Source: an uncultured bacterium (GTDB taxonomy: Bacteria; Oederibacteriota; JAAXVQ01; JAUVAV01). From it: a stretch of 64,000 nt of DNA. Shown piece after piece: positions 21,267 through 30,171 of this stretch. The notes beneath the pieces are model-generated. The model was not told the origin of the DNA, did not search any database, and saw only the letters and a program-made list of their open reading frames with translations. Position numbers and translations under genes: made by a program. Position 1 is the first letter of the stretch; every line of letters begins with the position of its first letter. The stretch is taken from positions 128,001 through 192,000 of the forward strand of contig CAVQBK010000006.1 in assembly GCA_963710755.1 (NCBI GenBank), written 5' to 3'.

Positions 21267-21514
21267 CCTCTTTTTGTGCCTCTCCCCCGCTTAGTAAGTT
21301 CTTGTTACCGACCGGTTGTTAAACCAAACCCCACAGGCGGCTTTGAAAAAGCTACTTGCTTGGTACCGACATGCCTTTACCCGCCTCGACAAACCAGCAG
21401 ACGCCCAAGGGGTTGCCCGGCCGCTTGTTAGTGTCGGCTGCCGGGGAACCAGGGTTTATAGCTTCATCTTGAAAAAGTCGTCATCCGCGGGACGTATACG
21501 CGCCCCGGCGTGTT

Positions 21515-23176
21515 TTATTTTTCCAAAACCACCTCAATATCAATGGAGGAATTCTTCGTCTCCTTGCCCGCCTCCCCAACCTTGGTTTCCAAACGATTGG
21601 CATCAAAACGGAAACTCATTTTCAGATACCGCTCCACCGCTTTGGCCCGTGCTTCAGCCAGATCTTTCTTGGCTCCTGCAAAACCCACAATCACCACTTT
21701 TCCATAGTCATAACGTTCCAATTGTTTGCCGATTTGTCCCAGACCACGTTGTGCTGTTTTGGTTAGTGCAGCTGTGCCTCTGTCAAAGTTAATGCCGGGC
21801 AGCATGCCCGCCTTGATGCTCCCCATGATGCGATTCAGAGCGCTTCGAAGTTTTTTAGACTCTTCACCTTTATCAACTTCAGGCTCTTTTGTAGGCGCCG
21901 GGGTGGCCTCAACCTGCGGTGCTTTGTTTTCTTTGGCAGGTTCTGTTTTTGGCGGTTCTTTTTTCTCAGTACTTTTTACTTGTTGATCTGTTTTCTTGTC
22001 TGCCTGCGGGGGTGTCTTGGCTTCTTTACGGGCTTGGGGTTTAGACATCGGCACAACTGATGGCATGGCCGACGGCACCGGCACTTGGGCTGCCAGCGGC
22101 GTTACGGCATTTTTCCCGGTCAAAAACTCCAAGGTCAAGGAAATACGCTGGGTTGTGCCCAAGTCGCCATAGGGCACAAACGCATAATCCAACTGGTAGC
22201 GAATACCCGAAATTAAAATGGCAAATCCGGCACCGGCCGTCAGTCCGGCCATGCTGTCCAGGTCCTGAATCTCATTGCCAATTTTATAGCCGACGCGGGC
22301 CGCCACTTTGGAACTGGGACCCACCAGCGCGTATTCCGTTCCCAGCGATATTTTAAAATTATTGTCCACCGGAATTAAGGCGTCGGCTGCAAAAGTAAAG
22401 CGGCCATTGTCTGTGAGCGCATCATTAATGATGTAGCCGCCGCCTAGTCTGAAATTAATGGGCATCATCTGGTCTGTGGTGACGCCCAGATTCTGAGCCA
22501 CAAACCCAATCCGCCAACCGGCATCTCTTATAGTCGGTGCCACATCCGAAGCCTTCTGTCTCAGCGCATTGAGTGTAGTGACTTCCCTGGGTTTAATTTC
22601 TTCAGTCTGCCGCCAGAGCGCGCCAATGTCCAGACCACCGCCGAAAATACTGGCTTCAGCCACACTCTCGGAAACCACCCTGAGCGATGCACCGACCAAG
22701 GTATTTTTAACAAAGGGATCATCACTGGGAATAAGACGATTAAGCTTTTGGGCATAGGTCCCAATAAAGGCCAGACTCATGGCCGAGACGTCACCGGCTG
22801 TGCCCACATAATTGCCTGATGAATCTTCCAGGGTTTGTGTAATCGTCCCTGCATTCATCAGCGTGATGCCACCGCCTATGGCACCAAGAGGACCAAGGGG
22901 CGTACCAAAGGCCAAATACTCGGTACCAATTTCTTCCATCCAGAAACTGTGAGTAAAAGCAGCTTGCACGGTTTTGAGTTGAGAAAGTCCGGCAGGATTC
23001 CAGTACAAGGTATCCAGGTCATCGCCAAGCGCTACGTAGGTCTCACCCATGGCCACTGCCCGAACACCCTGTCCGGCTTTCAGGAAATTGGCATTGGTTG
23101 TACCCGGACCACCGGCGTGACCAAGGGATATCAATAATATTAAGCCCATCATGAAGAATAGTGTTCTTTTAAACAT
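21515..23176 (-). CDS. PorV/PorQ-like beta-barrel with Pro/Lys-rich linker and degenerate OmpA-like C-terminal domain
   Basis: FLKAGQGVRAVAMGE...YWNPAGL; LDYAFVPYGDLGTTQRISL; C-terminal INFDRGTAAL...VVIVGF...LAEARAKAVERYL. Confidence 0.8.
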   Translation of the reverse strand: MFKRTLFFMMGLILLISLGHAGGPGTTNANFLKAGQGVRAVAMGETYVALGDDLDTLYWNPAGLSQLKTVQAAFTHSFWMEEIGTEYLAFGTPLGPLGAIGGGITLMNAGTITQTLEDSSGNYVGTAGDVSAMSLAFIGTYAQKLNRLIPSDDPFVKNTLVGASLRVVSESVAEASIFGGGLDIGALWRQTEEIKPREVTTLNALRQKASDVAPTIRDAGWRIGFVAQNLGVTTDQMMPINFRLGGGYIINDALTDNGRFTFAADALIPVDNNFKISLGTEYALVGPSSKVAARVGYKIGNEIQDLDSMAGLTAGAGFAILISGIRYQLDYAFVPYGDLGTTQRISLTLEFLTGKNAVTPLAAQVPVPSAMPSVVPMSKPQARKEAKTPPQADKKTDQQVKSTEKKEPPKTEPAKENKAPQVEATPAPTKEPEVDKGEESKKLRSALNRIMGSIKAGMLPGINFDRGTAALTKTAQRGLGQIGKQLERYDYGKVVIVGFAGAKKDLAEARAKAVERYLKMSFRFDANRLETKVGEAGKETKNSSIDIEVVLEK

Positions 23177-23528
23177 AAAATCACCTCAGCGGATGACTGC
23201 TTAACTTATTGATCATTATCGTTATTATAATTTTTATATAAATATATTTTGTAATTATTTCGTTATTTATTTTATATCAGTTGCATATTTTTATCAACAT
23301 ATTTTTTTATTTATCATTTTATTTATCATATTATTTGCAATTTTATCTTTCTATTGATAATAGTCTTACCAAATACAAACAACCCATATCCTTTATTTTA
23401 CTTCAAACAAGGCCAATGCAGAAAAACCACTTCAACAAAGTATCGGTTTAAAAGAAAATTTATTAAATGGTTTTTGGGAATTTAAGCTGAACCAAGGTTG
23501 ATGGGGCCTGGCGATAAAACTGCAAAAT

Positions 23529-23558
23529 AAAAAAAGAGGCACCTCACTGTGCCCCTTT
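23529..23558 (-). terminator. Intrinsic terminator downstream of the 1406-aa gene and ncRNA candidate
   Basis: GGGGCAC-AGTGAG-GTGCCTC followed by T7 on the minus strand. Confidence 0.75.
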
Positions 23559-23778
23559 AGGTCGTTCTTGTTGCAGATAGCAATCGTTGTTGTTTCTAGT
23601 TTCCGTTACCTCGGCTTGGTTTTAGCCGGGGTTCAGGATGAATAAAAATTTCTTGCTCCTTATGCCAGCCTAACTTGGTCCGGGTGATTTTCCAGATTTT
23701 GGCTAAGGCCTGCCGGACTACGAATCCAACCAGGTGTCCTTGTCTTATCAAAACTAGTTAAGAGGCGTTGTGCCTAAA
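23556..23778 (-). ncRNA. Candidate multi-branched structured RNA of unknown family
   Basis: Nested complementary segments (TTTAGG/CCTAAA, CTAGTTT/AAACTAG, AGGA/TCCT, CCTTAGCCA/TGGCATAAGG, CGGCT/AGCCG); no ORF; ends at a terminator. Confidence 0.4.
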
Positions 23779-23796
23779 GTTGACTTTAAATCAATC

Positions 23797-26700
23797 TTAT
23801 CTGATGACAATTAGTTTACCCGTATAAGTACGGCCATTTTCTTTTTTCAAAATCCAGAAATATAATCCCGAAGCCACATCAGATCCTGATTGATTTTTCC
23901 CCTTCCATTCATAGCGGTTGCTCATCCCGGTCACTTCGATAACCTTTTCCCCGGATACCGTAAATATTCTTAAATGATCTCCCGGTTCCACACCTGTAAA
24001 TTTACAGGTGCCATTGAAAGCCCGTTTGGGGTGATAAGGATTAGGATAGACTCTGACCTCGGTTATGGGGGTGGACGTGGACGTAGGCGTCGAGGTGGTG
24101 GTAGGGGTTGTAGTCAGCGATGCAAAAGGCGTTGCAGTCAAGGTGACCGTCGGTGAAATGGTCAGGGTGACGGTTATAGTCGGCGTCCAGGTAAAGGTGC
24201 TGGTGACCGTAAAAGTTGCTGTAGGTGTGGGGCTGACAGAAATCGTCGCCGTGGCCGTGGCCGTATAAGTCATGGTTATCGTCGGGGTAATGGTGTGTGT
24301 GCCCGTTGGCGAAGCAGTCCGCGTAGCTGTAAACGTCGGTGTGGTGGTGGGCGAATGCGTAAAGGTTGCCGACGGTGTAAAGGTCACCGTCTGAGTGGGG
24401 GTGTCCGTTATGGTTGGCGTGGCGGTGGCTGTAGCCGAGGCCGTGGCTGTACGCGTAAAGGTATAGGTTGGCGTTACGGTGGAGGTAGGTGTAAAGGTGG
24501 GGGTCACAGTGGGCGTATGGGTAAAGGTAGGCGTAGCCGTACGTGTGGGTGTGGCGGTGCGTGTGGCCGATGGCGTGAACGTAGCGGAATGGGTAGACGT
24601 GGGTGTAAACGTCGGCGTGGCCGTATAGGTGCTGGAATGAGTAAAGGTTGGTGTGGCGGTAGGCGTGTCGGTGGACGTCATTGTAAAAGTTGATGTCGGT
24701 GTCCAGGTGGGCGTGGTGGTGGGTGTAGGTGAATGAGTACTGGTGTAAGTCGGCGTGACGCTGGGTGTTGCTGTAAATGTGGGAGTAGCGGTACTGGTTG
24801 GTGTCCAGGTCGGCGTATAAGTCGATGTCGGCGTCCAGGTCGGCGTGACCGTGGACGTCGGTGAATGAGTTGAGGTAAAGGTGGGGGTCGCGGTATTGGT
24901 AGGCGTAAAGGTGGGGGTCGTGGTGCTGGTTGCGGTTACGGTTCGTGTGTGAGTGGACGTTGGCGTCCAGGTCGGTGTGACCGTGAACGTCGGTGAATAG
25001 GTGGAGGTAAAAGTGGGTGTCGCGGTATTGGTAGGCGTAAAGGTTGGCGTAGTGGTACTGGTTGCGGTTATGGTTCGTGTATGAGTGGATGTTGGCGTCC
25101 AGGTCGGTGTGACCGTGAACGTCGGTGAATGGGTGGACGTCGGCGTCCACGTAAAGCTGGGCGTTGCCGTAGGTGAATGGGTGCTGGTAAAGGTTGGGGT
25201 TACGGTCGGTGTGGCTGTCCCGGTGGGTGTATGGGTTGATGTAGGTGTATGGGTAAACGTTGGCGTTGTGGTAAACGTGGCCGTGACGGTAGGTGTTGCG
25301 GTTTTGGTTATGGTAAAAGTAGGCGTCGCCGTGGGGGTATTGGTTGGGGTAAAGGTCGGTGTCGATGTGGGCGAATGGGTGGAGGTAGGACTCCAGGTCG
25401 GGGTATGAGTAAAAGTCGGTGTGTGAGTAAAGGTTGATGAATAAGCCGGGGTTGGGGTCGGCGTATCGGTCGGCGTATGGGTTGAGGTTGGCGAAAAAGT
25501 TGATGTCGGTGTGGCCGTAAAGCTTGGGGTATAGGTGGGGCTGATGGTCATGGTGCCCGTCGGCGAATGGGTAGATGTGGGCGTACCGGTAAAACTGGGC
25601 GTCGCCGTCGGCGTATGCGTAAAGGTAGGCGTCGCCGTGGGTGTAAAGGTGGCTGTCGGCGTGTGAGTGGAGGTGGGTGTAAAGGTGGGTGTAATCGTAG
25701 AAGTCGGCGTGGGTTCCACGTAATTAATGTTCAAGGAACTGATATAAGGAGAAATTTCGACATTGGTGGTCTGCAAATCCGCCCGCCAGCGCAGATCATT
25801 GCCGCTGTTGATAAAGGTCCAGTTGCTACCAGGTGTTACCGGCCCTTCCCAGTGCGTGCCACCGTCCGCGGTAAGATAATAATCAATGGATTGACCATTC
25901 AAGGTTTGATTGACGGTTAACAAAGCGCTGATAAAATAACTGCCCGTGCTGGCCACGTTAAGGGAATAACCGCTGCCCAAGGTACTATATTCAGGACCGT
26001 ATTTATTGATCCGCGCCTCACTGCCCCCGATCATCCAGTAGGTGCCGTTCCAGCACAGCGTATTGATGGCCGAGTTACCGTAAGCCACCAGATTAGCGGA
26101 AACATCGGAGATGGAGGACCAATCATAGGTATTGATTTTGGCGTGGTCTCCGGCAATAAACCAGTAGCTGTCCTGCGGGTTGTAACCTACCGCATAGACG
26201 GCGTCGCTGGAAAAGCCCGATAGGGTTTCCCAATTGGTCACCCCGAAATCGGGGTTATAGAGACAAACTTTTTGGGGAGAGCTGACACCGCCGATCATAA
26301 ACCAATCAAATCCGCCGTGATACGTATAGGCAATATCATTAATGTCTGTAAAACCGCTAACCGCAGCGACCGGGGAAACCGTACTGCCGTCATAGATGGC
26401 CAAACTACCAGATCCGCCGCCAATCAGCCACTGCCCGCCCCCATAGGCCAAAGCTTTAACATCATCAGAAACACCAAACACGGCCGCCAGACTTACCGGT
26501 GTAAAGGTTGACCCATTGTAGCGCACCAACTGCCTGCCGGTACCACCTATCAGCCAATAACTCCCGTTCCAGCGAATGCTGGTGATGCTTCCCGCAAAAC
26601 CCAAAGAAGCCGTTAGATCTGTTGCTGTGCCACCTGCATACCGCACCAACTTACCCGAGCTTCCGCCAATCAACCAATAACTGCTGTTGCCATCCGCGGC

Positions 26701-28017
26701 CAGCACATTGGCCGTACCCCAGCCGGCGGCGGCCAGGTCACCGCTGATATCCTGGAAGGTCAGGCCATCGTAGGCATTCAAACGGCTATTGTTGCCCCCC
26801 AGAATGACATCACCGTTATCGTTATCAGCGGCAAAGTTGATGTTGTAGATACCCATATCTTTCAAATCAGAGGTAAAATCAGTAAAACTGGGCAGGTTCA
26901 ATGATCCGACACGCTTATTCAGACGAGCTTGTTCCCCGCCGATCAGCCATTCGTCCGAACCAGTGGTGCTGTTGTATTCAATACAGTAGATAGGATTACC
27001 AGACCCAAAGCCTGTGAGTTGCGATGATTGATTAAGCCAAGTACTACCACCGTCCCATGCATACAACACAGGAGCCAAGCCTGTCCCATTGCCGCCAATC
27101 AGCCAAAAACCGCTGGCCGTATTGTAGTCGATGGAAAAAATATTATTCATGCCCGTAACGTTGGCCGATAAATCCGTAAAAGTGGTTGTGCCGTTGAAGG
27201 AGACCAATTTCCCGCCACTGCCGCCAATCAACCATTTGGTGCCGTCCCAGGCGAGAGAACGTACAGTGTTGTTGCCAAAAGTGGTACGGAATTGGGCACT
27301 TAAATCATAAAAGACGCCGCCTTGGTATTTGCTCAAGCAGCCGCCATCGCCGCCCAGCAGCCAATAAGAACCGTTAAAAGCCACCGCATAACCATTGGTG
27401 GTGTTGGCAAAAAAACCTGCCCTGCCCGACATATCGGTAAAGGTAGAACCATCATAACTGTTCAGGCGCCCATTATTGCCCACTATCAGCCAAACCGAAT
27501 CCGTGGGGCTGCCGCCGCCATAACGCACGGCATTAATATCCTGACTCACCCAATTAATCAGCCCACCTGAAAGATCGGTAAAAGTTGTACCATCATAACT
27601 GTTTAGCTTTTTACCAGTGCCGCCGATCAGCCAGGTGCCACTCTGGTGCCAAATGGACATGATTGTGCTGGTACTATAATTGTCCAGGTCGGGAGAGAGA
27701 TTGGTCCAACTGGTCCCGTCATAGCTGTTGAGCTTGGCGCCGGCGCCGCCAATAAGCCACCGCCCGCCTGGTTGCCCATTGTGGTGAATGGCGCGAATCT
27801 GGCCACCCCAATTGATTAATCCGCCTGGTTGGGAGAAGCTGTAGGAAGAGGTCAGAAGCAGCTGCCGTTTGATGGTATTCCAATCGGCCGTGGTTGCCGG
27901 ATCTTTGTAAGTGGTGGTGGCAAAATTTTCAGTATAACTGCCCGCCCAGCTCAGCGCCGCCATCTGCCAAAGCCATAACGCGCTGAATAGAACCATCCCT
28001 CGTCTTTTCCAGTGCAT
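23797..28017 (-). CDS. 1406-aa surface protein: propeller-like head paralogous to the 3003-aa protein, Thr/Pro stalk, T9SS type-A-like CTD
   Basis: Shares [17 protein letters not shown]...[23 protein letters not shown] with the 3003-aa protein; C-terminal VYPNPYHP...[16 protein letters not shown]. Confidence 0.85.
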   Translation of the reverse strand: MHWKRRGMVLFSALWLWQMAALSWAGSYTENFATTTYKDPATTADWNTIKRQLLLTSSYSFSQPGGLINWGGQIRAIHHNGQPGGRWLIGGAGAKLNSYDGTSWTNLSPDLDNYSTSTIMSIWHQSGTWLIGGTGKKLNSYDGTTFTDLSGGLINWVSQDINAVRYGGGSPTDSVWLIVGNNGRLNSYDGSTFTDMSGRAGFFANTTNGYAVAFNGSYWLLGGDGGCLSKYQGGVFYDLSAQFRTTFGNNTVRSLAWDGTKWLIGGSGGKLVSFNGTTTFTDLSANVTGMNNIFSIDYNTASGFWLIGGNGTGLAPVLYAWDGGSTWLNQSSQLTGFGSGNPIYCIEYNSTTGSDEWLIGGEQARLNKRVGSLNLPSFTDFTSDLKDMGIYNINFAADNDNGDVILGGNNSRLNAYDGLTFQDISGDLAAAGWGTANVLAADGNSSYWLIGGSSGKLVRYAGGTATDLTASLGFAGSITSIRWNGSYWLIGGTGRQLVRYNGSTFTPVSLAAVFGVSDDVKALAYGGGQWLIGGGSGSLAIYDGSTVSPVAAVSGFTDINDIAYTYHGGFDWFMIGGVSSPQKVCLYNPDFGVTNWETLSGFSSDAVYAVGYNPQDSYWFIAGDHAKINTYDWSSISDVSANLVAYGNSAINTLCWNGTYWMIGGSEARINKYGPEYSTLGSGYSLNVASTGSYFISALLTVNQTLNGQSIDYYLTADGGTHWEGPVTPGSNWTFINSGNDLRWRADLQTTNVEISPYISSLNINYVEPTPTSTITPTFTPTSTHTPTATFTPTATPTFTHTPTATPSFTGTPTSTHSPTGTMTISPTYTPSFTATPTSTFSPTSTHTPTDTPTPTPAYSSTFTHTPTFTHTPTWSPTSTHSPTSTPTFTPTNTPTATPTFTITKTATPTVTATFTTTPTFTHTPTSTHTPTGTATPTVTPTFTSTHSPTATPSFTWTPTSTHSPTFTVTPTWTPTSTHTRTITATSTTTPTFTPTNTATPTFTSTYSPTFTVTPTWTPTSTHTRTVTATSTTTPTFTPTNTATPTFTSTHSPTSTVTPTWTPTSTYTPTWTPTSTATPTFTATPSVTPTYTSTHSPTPTTTPTWTPTSTFTMTSTDTPTATPTFTHSSTYTATPTFTPTSTHSATFTPSATRTATPTRTATPTFTHTPTVTPTFTPTSTVTPTYTFTRTATASATATATPTITDTPTQTVTFTPSATFTHSPTTTPTFTATRTASPTGTHTITPTITMTYTATATATISVSPTPTATFTVTSTFTWTPTITVTLTISPTVTLTATPFASLTTTPTTTSTPTSTSTPITEVRVYPNPYHPKRAFNGTCKFTGVEPGDHLRIFTVSGEKVIEVTGMSNRYEWKGKNQSGSDVASGLYFWILKKENGRTYTGKLIVIR
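24066..25713 (-). repeat. Thr/Pro hexapeptide coding repeat including a 132-bp tandem duplication
   Basis: TPT-x-T-x periodicity; identical 40-mer GTTGGCGTCCAGGTCGGTGTGACCGTGAACGTCGGTGAAT at 24959 and 25091. Confidence 0.9.
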
Positions 28018-28054
28018 AAAGCGTCCCCTCTACAGCTTTTAATTTGGTAAGGAA

Positions 28055-28618
28055 TTAGATATTAAACTCTTTACAGACTTCCCCACTATTGTCCTGTATG
28101 TATTTGACAGATTCCATAATTTTATCTTTTTCCGCCTTGCCCACGGTAGCTTTGTTAATATTATCAGCGATGGCTTTGACCGAGGTCTGGATCCCGGCAA
28201 TCACCTCGCGGTCACGACGCACATATCCCCGCAGCCGTTCCGTCATCTCATTAAAAGATTCTTCCAATTCCCGTAATTCATCACCTTTTCTCAGATTAAC
28301 TTGAATTTTAAGATTGCCATTAGCCACTTCCCGGGCACACATGACAAACCGGTACAACGGACCGGCCACTTTGTGGGAGAGGTAAACGCCGACTGTAATA
28401 TTACAAATGGTCAGGAACAAAATAACAGCCAGAACAGCTTTATAGATGAAATAAATGTTGGTTCCCGGGATTTCCGGTTTGGGTTGATTAAGCACAAAAA
28501 AAGTGGCAATGCCTACAATGATAATCTCTACGATCATGGTAAAAATCAAAATCAGGGAATACTTAAACTGCAAATCCATATTGATGTAGATTTGTTTGCG
28601 TTTAAATGTCTCAGCCAC
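28055..28618 (-). CDS. Small two-TM HAMP-domain protein with short coiled coil
   Basis: Two hydrophobic helices, then SHKVAGPLYR...VANGNL...LRKGDELRELEESFNEM HAMP pattern. Confidence 0.75.
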   Translation of the reverse strand: MAETFKRKQIYINMDLQFKYSLILIFTMIVEIIIVGIATFFVLNQPKPEIPGTNIYFIYKAVLAVILFLTICNITVGVYLSHKVAGPLYRFVMCAREVANGNLKIQVNLRKGDELRELEESFNEMTERLRGYVRRDREVIAGIQTSVKAIADNINKATVGKAEKDKIMESVKYIQDNSGEVCKEFNI

Positions 28619-28720
28619 TTAGGTCACCTCGTATAATTTTTTACAGCTTTTCTATTTTAATAAAATACGCACATTCCTCTACGGTTTATGAATTCCATCC
28701 GTTCGCGAATAATGGCCTTT

Positions 28721-28748
28721 GTAGGGAACGGTCACGACCGTTTCCTAT
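28721..28748. repeat. GTAG-type REP-like palindrome
   Basis: GTAGGGAACGGTCACGACCGTTTCCTAT, imperfect 28-bp palindrome in an intergenic region. Confidence 0.75.
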
Positions 28749-28914
28749 AACGACCTTTTGCAAGAAACTGTCTTCACTCCCCTGAATCCGCCAGCCGACG
28801 CCGCGTCCCTACCCAAAGAAGGGCCGGAAGTAAATAACGCCATCCTCAAAAGCAAATCGTGTTGATAAAGAGTTTATCAAGCTGTCGCCCAATGGTCAAA
28901 CCGTGCCCATGGCC

Positions 28915-30171
28915 TTATTCAAATTCAAGAGGCGACACCCCCAGGGGGAGCACACTTTGAATCGTCACATAGGTGAGCGGAGCTTGTTTTACATCGCCGG
29001 CGGCATCTTCAATGGTAAAGACCACTTTATATTTCCCATCGGGCATGGGATTTAAAGTATCCTCCATCCCATCCCAAACGATGTGTTCCGGCGGCGAGCC
29101 TTCACCGGAATATTTTTTGACCAAGGTATTGGATTCATTAAAAAGCTGGACCGACCAAACCCTAACCTGTAATTTTGTCTGGCAAAGTAGTTTGATAATA
29201 GTGACTTTATTGATGCCTACCGGAGAGAATTTATCCGGCTCCGGCCGTGCCTCCAAAATAAACCCTCCAAAGTAATAAGAAAGATCCACCCGGTGCAGCA
29301 GGCTTTCATCTTCCGTTAAAAAGCCGATGGCATAGTCCAATTGTATATCACTATAGCGGTAGCCCAAACCGCCGGTGAATTCCTGTAAATCATAGCCCGC
29401 CCGGACAAAGACATTGTGCATTGGCGAGCCTTCCAGTCCGAAACGAACCTTCAGCTGATCCTGATCCATGTTTTTAGCCAAATCCACATCCGCTTTGAGC
29501 CTGTCCCCCCACAACTTCGTGGCAATACCAAGCGTCATGTTCATGGGATAAACGTCGGCTACCTCTTTTAATTTAATAGAAGGCGCCAACAGATTTTGGA
29601 AACTCAAGCCCAGGTTAAGGAAAGGAAAGGGATGGTACATTAGGCCCAAATCAAAGCCGAAACCGGTAGCAGATAAGGACATCATGGTTTGATTAACGAT
29701 TTTCAAGGTCCCGCCACCGGCCAGCTGTGGCGTAATATCCATGCCGAAGGCGCCGAGAAAGGCGAATTGGTTGTTGGAGAAACTTTCAGTGACTTCATTA
29801 AATGTATCGCGGCCTTCGGCTGTGCCCTGATTCAGAAAAGTCAGTCCAACCCCCAGAGTGCCGACATAAGGTATAATATGAGAATATCCTAAATACTGGA
29901 AATTATCACCGTCCAGCAATGTCATGTATTGCAACAGCACTTGATTCTGCGAAACACTGGTCAAGCCGCCGGGATTCCAATAAGCAGCAGTAGCATCATC
30001 GGCAATACCTACAAAAGCGCGTCCCATGCCAATAGCCCTGGAACCGGCCCCGTAAGTTAAAAAAGTGCCCGCCTGACCGGCATCAGTATCAATGGCTAAA
30101 CCCTGGATGGGCATGCCGACCAGCACGGCTGCTAATAAAATAAATGTAATTTTTCGCATGTTTAAGGTCAT
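28915..30171 (-). CDS. PorV/PorQ-like beta-barrel with C-terminal FlgD-Ig-like domain (paralogue of 4964-6214)
   Basis: FLTYGAGSRAIGMGRAFVGIADDATAAYWNPGGL; PDKFSPVGI...IVWDG...MPDGKY; ATG overlaps the upstream stop (TAATG). Confidence 0.82.
   Translation of the reverse strand: MTLNMRKITFILLAAVLVGMPIQGLAIDTDAGQAGTFLTYGAGSRAIGMGRAFVGIADDATAAYWNPGGLTSVSQNQVLLQYMTLLDGDNFQYLGYSHIIPYVGTLGVGLTFLNQGTAEGRDTFNEVTESFSNNQFAFLGAFGMDITPQLAGGGTLKIVNQTMMSLSATGFGFDLGLMYHPFPFLNLGLSFQNLLAPSIKLKEVADVYPMNMTLGIATKLWGDRLKADVDLAKNMDQDQLKVRFGLEGSPMHNVFVRAGYDLQEFTGGLGYRYSDIQLDYAIGFLTEDESLLHRVDLSYYFGGFILEARPEPDKFSPVGINKVTIIKLLCQTKLQVRVWSVQLFNESNTLVKKYSGEGSPPEHIVWDGMEDTLNPMPDGKYKVVFTIEDAAGDVKQAPLTYVTIQSVLPLGVSPLEFE

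Noticed and set aside
21316-21792. ORF 21316-21792 (+), and similar spacer ORFs 11873-12112, 31907-32128, 32094-32336 and 63440-63721
   Set aside because: They overlap real genes, promoters or REP elements, and have no protein motifs
12527-25713. Thr/Pro repeat DNA as a possible CRISPR array or ice-binding TxT solenoid
   Set aside because: There is no constant repeat with unique spacers and no cas gene; Pro about every sixth residue argues against a beta-solenoid
12378-25920. Many alternative-frame and antisense ORFs rich in Val/Gly, His/Tyr/Asp or Arg/Gly (e.g. 12595-13557, 17833-18852, 24041-25150)
   Set aside because: Shadows of the ACN/CCN codon repeats in the Thr/Pro stalks, which lack stops in other frames
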